This document shows, in pieces, positions 22,531 through 37,600 of a stretch of DNA of 64,000 nt; the first letter of the stretch is position 1; each line of letters opens with the position of its first letter. The DNA is from Antedon mediterranea (taxonomy: Eukaryota; Animalia; Echinodermata). The stretch covers positions 8,494,001 through 8,558,000 of the forward strand of contig NC_092680.1 of NCBI RefSeq assembly GCF_964355755.1, given 5' to 3'. The position numbers and the translations under genes were made by a program. Below the pieces are notes generated by a model. The model was not told where the DNA came from. It saw only the letters and a list, made by a program, of their open reading frames with translations, and did no database searches.

Positions 22531-24959
22531 ACAGATAAACAATTACGATTTAATCAAAAACAAAATTTATTGCATAAAACTGTGAAAAAGAATTATTAAT
22601 TAATTAGATGTGAACTGAAATGTGTACCGTAAAGTTTATTATACAGTATTTCTATTATTATCAACACAAAGTCCTGAAGTTAACATGTAATAAAATTTGA
22701 AGCAGATTTTAACCCAACTTTATGATACAAACACTAGGCTAGAAGATATTACTCCATGTGGTTTTAAAATTGTCCTTTGCACAGTTAATATATATTAAAA
22801 ATCAATAGTCATTTATTAGCCATACATTATATTAGCATAAATTACCGAAGCTTTGGTGAAATTTTGGTGAAATCATAATATTGATGATGACTATGGCCTG
22901 AAGAGAAACGATTTTTTTTTAAATTGAAAAGCCGCCCTGTTAATTAAATAGAATTAACTATATCTTCATTAGAATGCATGGGCTAGTCTATTATGCATTA
23001 GTGTTTGTGTATTTTGTTTCAAACTATGAAAAAATGTATTCTTCATTCCACTTTCACAGTTACACCCTGCCTAAAATTAAACATCTTAAGGCCATGGCAA
23101 ATGTTTGGTTCTTGGCCACCTTCTACACCACAGTTTCTTTAACACAATTACACCCTACCTGGTGTGTAAACAATGATTCTTTTTAAACTAAAAGTAACTA
23201 AAATTCAACTCCAATAAATTTGTTCTCCCATGTGTGACATTCTAATAATTTCATTGTATGTAAATAATCATTAAATGCATGCAATATGAAAATTCCATTT
23301 AATGACCTTTTGAAACCTTTTTTGTAGTATTTATAAGTTGTTTGCTAATTTTATAATATTATTTTAGAAATGTTGTGGTGATTTGTTTTGTTTTCAGCAA
23401 TGGGAGTGTATCATTGTGGTTTGGATTATTCATGTACATTTAACGTTTAGTGAATTCAAATTTATGAAGAATTAGAACAACTTGACTCTATTAAAGAAGT
23501 AATTTTTAGATATAAACCCTCCAGGTTATAGAATTTTATATTTATAATTTGAGACCGTTATTACTTTGTCGGACTCGTATTTGAAATGTAATTATGTGAT
23601 ATTTTCGTCCTGAAGCTCTGTGTGTTTCAGTTTTCGTATATAAAACGAGCCGGTATTTGGCGGTCTCCGTCTCAATGTTGCAAGCCATCGACAAGTAGAG
23701 ATTCATCGCCGCAGGACCGAAACTCAAGCGTCGCTTCAGCAACGCTTTTCTTACGCTATGAGGCAGTAAGACTTGGATTTTTTGCGTTTAATTTCCGCAC
23801 TATACTACCTAGCGGTGAAGTCATTACTAACTTTACTTAGCTCAGTCAGTCTTAATGCAGCTCATATAGTATGTGCACGAAACTCATGCTAATATTATAC
23901 GGAGAAACAAGGTTACAAAAATATCGAAATGATTCTGTCTCTTTTCATTATTGTTTATACTCGATAGTTTTAACACAGATTGATAAAGTTACACCTTATG
24001 AGATCTCGAGAACAAAACGACAACTCACGACTAGAATGTGCTTTATTAAATCGCTTGGGCCGTAAACATATTATAAAAAAGCAAAATAAACTAGAAATGA
24101 AATTTCTTAAGCAGTTTGATTTTATCCTATAAAATATAACAGTAATGGTACTTCGTTAAATTTGAAGTAAACATTAGGTGATAATTTTCAATGAAGAATT
24201 CATTCAATTTTTACATGAACAAAAGCACATTTGGTGAATTTCTATTATTTATTTCATATTTGAAATAATTTAGTATCTAGGAAATGTTGTTAAAACTCTT
24301 GTTTCCTTGTATAGTTCAGTTGGTACAGAGTAGCTTTTCACAATTAATCGACCACGAAAAAAACCTGTAGGCCTATAACTATAACTATAACTATATCTTT
24401 GTTTTTGTTCTATGAGCTGTTAGATTAAGATTTTTTTTCTCTCTCTCTCTTCTTCTATGGATATAATATTATGTCACCATGATATTCCGAAATAAAAAGA
24501 TAAATGAAAATGAAATAACTATAATACAGACTACTGACGGAAATATCAGTTTTATTTAAATAATTGTCGATTAAAGTTTATTTTTATATAACGAGTGGTG
24601 GAAATAGTTTTTTTAAGAACGTCTATGAAAGTTTTTTTTAACTCTATGATGTCAACAAATATACAAATAATAACAGAAACATCTCAAAATTAATAATAAT
24701 TTGAAATAATCGACACATTAATTGAATGAATCTTTTTGGTCCACGATGGGATTTGTTATGCGCTATCTGCACAATGAACTGAAATTGTTTATTTTTACTT
24801 TCTTATTCAATTTTTATTCAACAACAGGAAAGACTATAATATTATTAGAAATAAGACTTTATTTCATTTTCATATCACATCAATACATTTAAATATAATA
24901 TATACTGTAGGCCTATCTAATTTAAATTATAGGCCTAGACCCTGATAAATTACCTTCCC

Positions 24960-25640
24960 AGGATCAAAATCAATGGTGAGACCATTTCAGAAGTTAAAAC
25001 TTACAAATATTTAGGTGTTGAAATTGACAATGAACTTAAATTTGATGTAAATAGTAGGTGCATATACAATAAATTACAAAAACGTCTCTTTTTTTCTACG
25101 CAAATTAAACTCTTTTAAAATTGACCGTACTATTTTACAACTTTTTATACTTCTATCTTAAACAGTGTAATTGGTTGTTGCTTAATATGTTATTATGGTA
25201 ATTCACCTTTTAAAGAGAGACTTTTACTTAATAAAATAGTTAAACAAGGCAGTAGAATTGTAGGCTCTGAACAAATTCTACCTGAAGTTTTATATAAGGA
25301 ATTAGTAATTAAAAAATTACAAATTATTTTAAAAGACCATGCTCACCCTCTGCAATATAAATTTAACAAAATTCAACGTAGTGACAGACTCCTTCAAAGA
25401 AAAATTAAAACAATTCATTCGTCCCTGCTGCAATACGATTTTATAATAAATGCGCTAGTTGTATTTATTGTAGTATTTTAATCGACATTTTAGGATTTTA
25501 TATTTAAATTTTGTATGGTTTTTATATCGTATTTTATATATTTTATGTACTGTATCCATTTTATATTTGTATGTACTGTATTTTGAAAAGGCCAACAGAG
25601 TTGGGGATAATAAAGTTGTTTTTATTGAATTGAATTGAAT
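24960..25640 (+). mobile_element. 5'-truncated CR1-group LINE (Rex1/Babar-like) RT C-terminus with 3' UTR and tail
   Basis: INGETISEVKTYKYLGVEIDNELKF...KLQKRLFF/LRKLNSFKIDRTILQLF...YGN...HPL...FVPAAIRFYN with frameshifts; AATAAA plus (ATTGA)n tail at ~25608-25640. Confidence 0.85.
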
Positions 25641-28600
25641 AGCTATGAAAAATGAAATTACATTCTTCCCTGCTTAGGCCTATAGTTAACATTTTTCAAA
25701 ATATCATTATAACTTATTTTAATTATTCATTTTGGGTGAATGTAAGCATTTATATGTATAACACTCAGTTATCATTGTTCTACATGTTTCATCAAGTATT
25801 CAAGACGAGAAAACTTTACTAATATATTCTAGCAAAACAAGGTTAGTACTTGGGGTCATTAAAAAGTTACTTTCCCCAGAAGGCTTTTTGAATGGCTTGG
25901 AATACGTTTCTAAATCGAAATCAACATTGACGAAGCCTCGCTATCAAAATGACCGGCTAGCATTTTCAATAACTGTATTGTAATGATTAAGTGAAGTGCA
26001 AAAAAGGGTCAACTATCAATAAAGAAAAGGATAACTAGTGTTTTAATAAAGCTTTCCGATTTTATATTAGAAGGCTAACATGTTGTGTTTACAAACATGG
26101 TGTATATTAATATTGTCTTCAACTGTGCTAATGTGCATCTGTCCTCGATTTGTCTTCAGTAAGTGAAATCTAAAATGCCATTTTTCACTATTGCCTCGTT
26201 ACACTAATTTTAACCTGAAGGCGCGGTCATCTAACGTGGCCTATATCTGGAAACTGGGGAGATGTGAAAGTCTCGTCTTCGTTTATCTTTGAAGTTTAAA
26301 AGTTTCTTTTTTTATCAAGTTTTAAAGCGGAAGAGATTATAATAAGATGTTCGCTGTTTGTTTTTTTATTCAAAAACATTGAACAATGGTCCCTATACAA
26401 GATGTTTGGTTATGATTTTGTAAAAAATAATATAGTTGATACTGTAAATAAATAGACTTTTAATTGTATGCATAGGCCTAATCATTATTATTATTATTAT
26501 AAATAATAACGATATGAGGCATGGCGTCACAAAATCGCCTCATTATGTATTCAGTAATTATTTATATTTAATATTACTAATTGTATATTATTTATTAACA
26601 TTTGATTATCAATTTGTGTTTTTAAAACTTATAAATATAAATGCTTAGTTGTTATCGTTAAATTATAAATGACAAAATACTATTTCTATTTTGAACTAAG
26701 CTTTTAATTTACATTTTAAACTAATAATATAAACACTTTTTGATCTGGATAACAATTCAAGATATTTATCATAATTACGTAATTGAAAATGTATAATAGG
26801 CCTATAGTTTTAATTTCGAATCAATTGTTTGTCATTCAGGATAAAATAAGTACAAATCGTACGAATTATTCCTACTAACCAAGTTCCGACCTATTCAATT
26901 GGACTCATTTCCTATCTAAATAACATTTATTCCGTTAATCAACGAATAATAGCATACCATCAAACCGCTTTTTATATCAAGTATATTTTCGACCTTAAAA
27001 TCAACCTCTCTTGCTACATAAGAAATGAGTACTATAAATGTTTTATCGATAATTATTAGAATATTTTTCAGTTCGTCGATTTAATCATTTTTGCCCTCTT
27101 AAAAATTCGTCTGATTTGCAAAATCAAAACATAATGGTTCAAGGCATGTTCTTCAAAGTATTTCATTAATTAATTTTATATTATTTAAAAGCTAACAAAT
27201 TAAGGAAAAACACCCTGGGATGAATAAAAGAATTTCCCATGGATACAATTAGTTACGTCTAATGTACTTTACATCAACAAACTGCAGAATAATTTCGTCG
27301 ATACTACATGGATTGTGTAGGCATTTCATTGCGATTTGCCTTCAGGTTTCCTTCATGTTCTTTACATGTAAGTAGCGAATAATATATTTATTTTATGCTA
27401 AGCTTTTACTTTATCAACGATAGATACTGTTTAGTTCTTGTATATTGTTTGTAACTTTCTTTGTAAACTATATAGTATTATTGTTTTGTAATAATGAGTT
27501 AATAATAGTGTTATTTTCTACAGTATTACCTCATCGTATTGTTTAGGCCTAAAAGATGGTTTATTAAAAATGCATATCGTTTTGTAAATTGTTGCGTTTG
27601 GTAATAATGTGATCATACCTGCATTATATAATGTCTACAATAATCATATAATGTTTGTAAATCCTTCAAAATATTAATAAGAGTATGCATGATGAGTATC
27701 GTAGGCCCAACTAATGTACAGACACAACCGGTCGGTTGGAGAAAAAGCCTTGTGGGACCCTATAATAATATACGCCGCATTGAATACGTTATACTGGAGA
27801 GGTTTGTATATTTCGTAGAGTATTAATGTGATGAATAATAAAAGAACATTAGGATATCAAAATGTTTGTAATTTATAAATTTTATTCATTTAAATAATTT
27901 TTGGGAAGAAACATTAACATTAAAAAACGAACCACTAATTTTAAAGAAAATAAATTATGAAAAAAAGCATGGATTGTCCCCCATTTTCCATCATTAGGTT
28001 GCTAGGGCTCAAATGTATAGCAATGTTTTTTAAATATCTTATTTTTTGGTCATCATGACATACTTCAGTTCGTCTTCTGTATATCGCATAGGATTGTTTC
28101 CTTGTCTATTGAAATAACAACGAATACATGCAAACTGTTATACAAGAAATATAAAAAATATACCCGGTATCTCTTTTTTTTTGTTTTGTTACAACAATGA
28201 TTATTGCCTCTATGATAATCTATCTTCGTAAGCGAATAAAATTATGTTATTAACGTATGTTGTGATTACGTTTGACATAATTTTAAACCATTTGGAACTG
28301 TAAAAAATAATAAGAAATTAAACTTTTAACCCTTAATTCTCATTTATACAGCAGTGTCTTAAAAAATCTCACAATTTTCTTTTTAAATAAAACGGTCATG
28401 TTCATGTTTTATTATTTCTTGTAATTTTAAGATTTTCTTTGGTAATAAACCAAACATTATATCGTTGATATTTTACAAATGATAACACATTATGATATTC
28501 TATTTAGAACGAAGTTTAGGTTAAATATATATTTTTGTTACGAATACTTCATGTTTTTAGTATCGTATTCATTAACTTTGGAATTGTGCATTTTTTACAT

Positions 28601-31600
28601 AGATTTGTTGAAAAATGGTAAAACAGTTATTCTTTTTTATTCGTTTTCTCAACAGGTGAGCATGTTATATATTCAGATATATTTAATTTGTATTAAAATT
28701 CATATTCACTTTGAAATGAGTAGAAATTAATGCTAATTACAAATAAAAGAATAAAAAGATCAACATTTAATAATTGGCGAATTATCTACGGAACCAATAC
28801 TTCGTTATTGATTAAACTTTATAATGATAATCAATCAATTATACAATTAAACATATAATCATTAGCAATATATTATTAGTATCATCATCATCATTGTTAT
28901 CATCATTAAATCAGTGATATAAAGGCAGGCGGCAATGATCCATTACCGCTGCAATTAGAGAGTGCACTTGTTCCGTTTGTTTACGTGTGAATCAACAGGC
29001 TTGTACATTCATAATAATACGTAATTCCTATTTAATTCTTTCGTTTACTAATGAGAAAAGTGCTTTGCTTGCGTCCATTCGGCATCAGTACTCAACCTAA
29101 ACAGTTCATTAAATCAGTTGTCGGAGAAATAGATTATAGCTTTTAGAAACGAATAATTGCGGTCTCTCAACATATTTACATCAACTAGACGGTCATCGAA
29201 AGGTTGTTTTCATTAGTAATACTGAAGCTCTTCGCACTGACAGTTCAGCATGCAAGACCAAAACGAATTAACGGCATTTCCGTCTTTGGTCGACGATGTA
29301 AAGAGAGTAATCGAAAAATGCCGTTTCTATTATACGCAACTCGTCGCAAATAGCAATCTTTCTTTTGTTGTGTTCTACTAATTTAAAAGCTCTAACAAGC
29401 CGACCGAAGAAAGTGAATGCAATGAAGGTTGGCTGAAATAGATATTTCAACATAATGATGAATCGTCTTCATAACCTTGTATATCAAACCCGACTGAATC
29501 TGAAAATGAGATTCTAAATGCTTTGAGAAATTTAATGAGTGGTATTTAGCTTAGTCTTTTAAGTGGTGCAATACAAAGCTACTATAAGCAGGTCTACGAT
29601 ATGGTTAATTATAAACACCGGTTATAATCAACATTATTTTTACTCTATATTAAAAAGAATATTATTTCTACTTTCTTCATCAGTTAGAAAACAACAATTT
29701 CTTAAACGTGTTTAAATTGTTTATTTATTTTTAAAGCATGAAATGTGTTAATGTTAATGTTTCGTGTTCTGTATTTTCCATTTATTTAAACGGCCTAACG
29801 ACAATTTTAATTGGTACTACAGTATTACTGATTTTGTATTATGGTTTTACCGGATCGCCTTCTATTTTGGTATCTCGACGACGACAGGCTCTGACATTTA
29901 ACCACAGACACTGTAGTTTGATATCGTTGCGAATGGTGGTGGGAAAGATTGTCATTTTTTCGCTGTTTTTATTGCAATATTCATCATATAATGTAAAGTA
30001 GGCCAAAGGCTAAAACCACAATATTCACGTAATTGATAGGGCATTATAAAAATACCATACTAATACATACATTTAACATTTTGAATTTTGATTAATAGGC
30101 TTATGTCGTATTGAGTATTTTACATTTTTACATTTTACCCTAAAATGTATAAATTATAATCAATACATAGATAGGCTCAAATTCAAATACCCAAATTTAG
30201 GTAGACTTTTACAGTACAGATGTACAGAAAAGCAATGAACAAGAATTTAAAAAAAAGTTGTTATAAACAAGAATATAAGCAATGATGGTTGTGGTTGAAG
30301 TAATTATTAATCACTTTAGTCCCATCTTTACCGATACTAAAATGTTGATTTTCAGCTCCTAGCTCATAATAACTATATTAAACTACAATTTAATTTTTAA
30401 GTTAAAATCATTGTCTGACCACGCCTCTAAATGTCCAAATCTGCTTACATCTAAGTATACGAGACAAGAACAAAGCAACAACACACACAATTAATTGTAT
30501 GTAAGGTTTTTATCACGTAAAAAGTTGGTTAGAACATCACACTCTAATTTGCTTGATCACTAACAGTTACACGAGAAGAGCCATACCAGCCTAAAAAGGC
30601 ACGCCTAGCTACTAAATTATTCTCGCGAATTAAGACATTTTGTAATTATAGGTTTTAATTTCTAAATCTAAATTGAGTGTACGAAGACACGTTGATACTA
30701 AATGTTGTTTGTTTGAGGTCTTTTGACGCAGTTAAAGTTATATACAATAACGTCACTTGGCTAATTTAAAAACAAAGGCATTAACATTGAAACAATAGAA
30801 AGTACCACCACTCGGGTTGACTATGTTTATTAGTGCAAAGAAGTACAATTGTTAAGTGGTCAGTCAGTGCATGGAGAAATAATATTTCTCCATGGTCAGT
30901 GTTATAAGGATAATAATATTATTGCACGCGTTATAAATTCTACAATGCATGATATGGGGGAATTGAAAATACAATTATAATACACAATGTTACACATTAT
31001 GTCAAAGGTCATCAATGCATTCTCCTTCAAAACTGATCAAGAACAAGCATACTCCTAATTACCAGTGATCGTGATGTGGCCACTGAAAGTAGTCACAGTG
31101 GGTAAAATGAGATAAAAGAGGTATTTTAAATTTTTCAATATTCCAAAACTAGTGGGAACTGATTTAGTTTGCAGAAGGTTCTATTCTCATTCATTGTTAG
31201 GATGTTGTACATCACAATAACTGTCTTGTTACTGTTGGTTATTAATTTGATGTCGATCTAATTATTAGTACAACCGTTTTAATATAATAATTTAGTCTGA
31301 TTATCAATGTACAGATATCTTGCGATATTCTTATTTTTTAAATTATATCCCACATATTTTATTTAAATTTGTCAACTTCCAATTAGTTAATATATCACAT
31401 TTGTCTTATCTTTATAGTTACTGGCAACATATTTCAATCGTTGACCTAATTAATTATTAATTGAATAGTTTTCAAATTATCAATGGCTACTAATATATTT
31501 TCATCTTACAATGTTCTTGTTTCTATTTTATCTTTATTTAAAATTGTAATGAATATACTTAAAACTTCATAACAAAGCAACACAGAATAATAATTAGCAG

Positions 31601-34600
31601 TGTTATTGTAAGTAAATAACGGTTTGTTAGATTTGGTCACTGATATAGTAAAAGTCACGATTCCACTATTTAGGAGTGCCATGTAAAAATGGAAAAAACA
31701 CGGATTCACACAAAACGGTTGGGCGGGATGGACAGGAATCAAAGACATTCGATTGGAAAGATAGTCACGTGATATCAAATGACTGATGAGGCTTTTAGCA
31801 AGTTGAAAATCGCCCGAAGATTATGATCACGTGATAGTAGAGGCACATTTGCAGTTGTGCTCAACTAATGAGACAAAAAAGAGGAAAGAAAATGAAAACT
31901 GACAGACAGTACTTAGCAGAAGGCCTATTGCAGTGGCTTCCATGACCGATACCACTAGCCCACTAAATTACAGATAATATAGACATGGTGTATGCCAGCC
32001 ACAAATCGAAGAAATAACCAACATAAAGACACCAAACAACATACGTTTGTTAGATATTATAGTATTGTGCATTTTATTTTAGGTTTGTTAAATTTATAGA
32101 TTTAATTATTACCACCCCATGCTTTGAGTACCAAATATATATGCATTTAATTATAGGCCTCACTTGCTCCTTATAGGCCTATAATAGCATTAGCCTATCA
32201 TAGGCGGATTCTGCAGTAAAGTGTCAAATTTATCACATGTGACAACTGCATGTTAAAGATATTTTAGGCTTACATAATGTAGGCCTGATTGTAGGCCTGG
32301 TTAATGAGAATTTAGTATGCGTTTTGACAAATAAAAACATTCATTTTTTATTTTTCAATAGGCCTATGCGTGCAAAGAAAAAATTATTTACAAAATGAGC
32401 ACTGATAATTATATAACACAAATGAATGAATGAATGCAGGAAATATGGCCGTATTTATTGCAAAAACAAATCTTGAACCTTAATAATAATAGAGATCATA
32501 CAGGGACATGTACTGTATTTACAATGACGAACGAATAAAAATATTCAGTCTCATTCTTCGCGATTTAAGGCGTTGGTACACAACGTATAAGATGAGATAC
32601 AACAGGCCTAAATTAAATTTACAAGTTCATAAGATAATACTGAGATTTTTTTCACTTAAGCCAAACTGTGTTGCATTTAAGAGATATCATATTGAAGGTT
32701 ACTTGTCAATTATGTAATTAAGCCAGTACTGACCACTATTATCATTTCAATTATTGTTTTTAAAGGCGTTAAGGTTTACCACTTACCACTAAAACTGAAA
32801 TTATTGTAGTGACACCAATATATTCATTAAACATTATACTTTAGTCACCCGGGGCTTTTAGTTGAATTAGGCGATTCGGAATGTGATCAATGTCTTTTGT
32901 CAAGCTAATTATTTCTGTATAGGAGGCCTATATATCTTAAAAGTGTATTCTGCAGTTTAATTTCCGTATGACATTTTTAGAAGAACAGTATAATCCCATC
33001 GAGACCAAAAAAAAGTGTTACTCTTTGTTGTCACCCATAAGCTCCATTGCTCTCTTGTACATATACAAAAATGTATTTAAACAACTTTACTAACACAAAC
33101 GAGACATTGAATTTATATACAAAAAGTTTTATTTTTTATATTGTTTTATACGGCTATAAAATGATCACGATATTACACTTTTAATAACCATATTTTTAGA
33201 AGAGCATTAAAGCATAACGATCGGTGTAATTTAATAATGTTGTATATACCAACACTGGCGGTACAAGAATTTCACATTGTATTGGTAGAAAATGTACTAA
33301 AATGAAATTCGTTGATGAAAATTTGAAGCATATCAGTATTTGTAATTGCGAATAATAGAAAATACGTAATTTTTCGATTTTTCACTCATTTCTGTTTTTA
33401 AATTTTATTACTGATAATATTATTAATATATTAATTTACAACATTTTTTCGCCATTTCCGAAAAAAGGGGTGATATTTTCTTTAAAAAATAAAATTTAAC
33501 AATTTAGGAACAGTGGAAATGAAATGTTTATATAGGCCTATTCATGTCATATAAAGATATTGTTCGAAAGATGTTATCTTTACTATGTTTCTTCAATTTG
33601 GTAACTGAATTGTTTTGACTCTCAGGATATTCCATGTTTACATCCTTCATTTACTTTTTATAATTTTGACTTCCTTTCCATTTTCTATTATTCGTTGCTG
33701 CTCCTCAAACACCACTATACATTTTTGCTTGAAAAAAGTGAAATAAGGCTTTTCCTCAACCGAGACTTTTACTCTTTAGACCATTTCAAATCTTTTTTAG
33801 GAATATTTCTCAATTGTACGATTGCATTTTAAAAATGATATGCGTTCTCTGTTTAAATTTGAAAAGACGAAGGGGAAGTATAACCATGATGACTTTGGTA
33901 AGGAGCACACGCTGTAAGTAAACGGTATGTTGATTGTTTTGTAACCTTCAACTTAGTCTTGTTAGCATCTATATATATATAACTCTATATAGAACAATTC
34001 TTTATTTTAAATGTTTGGGATTGGGATGGTTTTTATAGAGACGAATAAATTAAAAAAATTGAAAAGAAAAAAAGTTTCCTGAAAGCAAAGAAACATGTAG
34101 GAGGCCTACAGGCAGTCCGTTTAATCTGATATACTTGTTTTTATTAGTAAGCACATCTAATAAAATTTCAATAACCAATTATGCAGATTATATTTCATTA
34201 ATACTAGCTTTGTTGAAATTGTATGTTCACATCTTTACAACAGTAAAGCAATTGTAATAAAACTATAGTACCAATGAACGCGTTTGCCGTGTGACGTCTA
34301 AGCTTATATAAAGTGTACGATATGTAGGCCTATTACTCTTATCATCATGTTCGCGCAAATTTGCCACCGCAGCGCACTTTTAATTGGAGGATGCAAGTAT
34401 GTTTTCATAAGAAATTTATCAAATATTAAGAAGAAACAACGCGCGCGTACAACATTTGCATCGTTGTTATCAATAATGAACGCTGACATCAATTTGTGAC
34501 AATGTTCATTATGTAAGTTATCAAAGAATTCTTTCAAATTCATAAACTTTAGAAAGCAATTCATGTCGATTACAAGTAGGGCAGACATAGCTTATCAAAA

Positions 34601-37600
34601 CAAACTTACCTTGTATCATTCCATTTGTTAAGGTTAGAGTAAAAACAATAACGAAGTTGACTGATACAAATCAAATGGTGGCCTATAAAGAGGAAACAAA
34701 GAATACTAATAAGTCAAAACTTAGGCCTATATATTATTGTCAGTTAAATAACTCGCGTTAAACACAATTACAATAGATTGATCAAATACAGTATAGTTAC
34801 GGTAAATTATAGCGAGTAGTTTATCGATAAAACCATTTTCTTAAGCGTATTTTCCAATCAACTTAAAATGGAAGTCCAAAATAATCCTTAATGAAATCAA
34901 AATAATTAATAAGTATGAACAAATTAACAAAACAGACATAATTAGCAATTCATTGTTCTAACTGAGTCATACTATAATACATTGTAGATAACATGTATCC
35001 ACAATCTCATATCAATCCTACATCCAACCATAGAGATAATATGATCAAACGGAAAGCCTAGCAATTAAATTCAGTGAATAAAGAATCATGGCGCAATAAT
35101 AAAGAAATAACAAATTATTAGAGTAAACTTTAAAGCATGATAAAATATTTTTGTTTCGTCTCAACAACTTCTTTTATCAACCCTTTTGGTTAGATAAACC
35201 TAAGAAAAACAACGATTTAAACTAACTGAATCGGCGCCTTGCGACCTACATCGGATTCTTGTTAAAACACACGAAATGCATCAGAAGCCAGATTTGATGT
35301 CATTGTTCGATAATGTTTTTCCACAGTAATAGAAATGTGAAGCAATTCATATTTATTTCATTAAGTCACACAACTATCATAGTGATAACTTCAATGATGC
35401 CGGCCGGTACAAACGCACCAACTACGCCAATTATTTTCCGCTCGGGGCTATCACTATATATGCTATGAAGATTCTAAGCGTAATAGTTTTGAAAATGGAG
35501 GCGGTTCTCGAAGCATTCTCTCTTAAATGATTTTTGACAAAACTACTTAGTTTTCACGTCATGGTAAAGAAAGATTCTGTGAGTTGGTTTTCGTTGCGTG
35601 TTTTCTTTGGTTAGCCGATTTCTTGCGGCGTTCTTAGCGGCTATTCCATTTGGGTACCGCAGTTGGTAAATAATGTTAGTTTTACGGCATGTAGGTAAGA
35701 GGGTAACACGCATTGCCTGCCCTTGGATACCTTAACGAGAGATGAATAAAAAAAATGTAGAAAAGTTTTCTAACTAAATGTCACTTTTCATTAATAGTAC
35801 ACAGATAAATTGAAGAACGCGATCCCAGAACGTACATTTATTCAAAAAGTAGTCCAAGTAAATATTTAATTAAACGATAAACATCTGGTTCTGTATAATT
35901 ACGTTGAATCACACTATTTCGTTGTTATAGGCCTATTCATTGAAATAATTTAAAATCTATTAGTAAATTAGTAATAATTTCTTCAATTAAGTAGGCCTAA
36001 ACATATTTAAAAACAAGATCAGAATTGACTACCTAATGAAATTGAAAAAAACATATAAAGGTATTTTTAAAATAGTAGGCCTAATTAAGATATTCCAAGA
36101 GAAAAATGTTCCGGTTATTTTATGTAGGCCTAGGCCTATATTATTATTATATTACACTATATAATTGTGAATTGTTTAACAAGTAGGGCCTCCAATGTAA
36201 AACAAGGCAATAATTCTATGTTTAATACACAAAATAAAAAGAAAAGTAATTCAATAACATTACTTTGTAATTAGCATAACACAGATGATATTCCAGGTGC
36301 CACACAAAGCTATTTCAAAATAATTAAATTCATACCATATTTTATGTTAACATGATAGCGCCGTTATTACTCATGCTTGTACTGTAAAAGTGTTGTTTGC
36401 GTGCAAAGTTTGGACTATTAAAATAATATTTTGAAAATATCTGTTTATTTATTAATGAATGTTTTAATTATTTAATTTTTATCTATGTATTATAATTATT
36501 CAAAACAAAATATTACATTTTTAAACAAGTACTCTGTGCGATCGATTGCATCATGTTCTATGAGTAGATACATTTAAATAATTTATGTATTGTACATATA
36601 AACTGACTTCACAACAAACAATATACAATGCATAGGCCTAAAGTAATTGACATTCCTTTATAATATACCTTAATAATGAATGATAAATTAGCCATGCCCC
36701 CTTAACTCACTATTTGTCACTAACGCTTTCATTTGACTTGTAATAAGTAGAAAATGAAACAACAATTTCAAACATCTATATTAATATACTTCGCACCTTA
36801 ATTTCTTTCACAACTTGTCAAATGAAATATTTACAGAAATATTTATTCTATACGAGACAAGTGTGTTAAAAAATTTAGAGTGTTTTTATTTATGTGATGT
36901 ATTAAGGTTTATTTATTCAACACAACTCTTAATTAATTTGCGACGCGTTTAACAATATTAAATTGGATCCGTAACGCGTTATGTAACATTGAGAAATAGT
37001 TTTATACGTTTAGTGTTATACAGAATCACAACAAAAATGCATCACTCTTGCATGAAGAATTGAAATAAATTACTTTATTGGCTAGATAAAGACGTTTATT
37101 AAGGCTTAAAATATTACCATTGTTAACCAAGTCCTAACAAAGCTAACACGAAACAAAATGTTTAAATAAATGAATAAATGAGGTTTATTTATATTCATTA
37201 TGCTTTTAAAGAGGCAAACTAAACTTAGGGTGATTTAGTTCAGAGCTAATATAACAAACAACTAACTCATTCGTTGAAAATAATTATCAATCTAGAATGT
37301 AAATTGTTTTCAATGTTTTAAATACGATTTTTCTGGGTTTTTTTGTTCACAGAAACACGAAAAAATAAAAAGACCATTTAATCAAACTAAAGACTATAGT
37401 AGTTTATATCTTAGCTCAACGCGGCGGAAGCATTCGAATCCAATCCAGTCCATCCAGGCCTACAATGTGATATCTACATCTTTGATTCAATAACGATAAT
37501 AAATAGTTTAGTTTAATTTTCTTACATATTTTTTTTGAATTTGTAATTAAGATCCATGCACACATACTGGTTGTGTTGCAACAAATGTATGTATTTTTCT

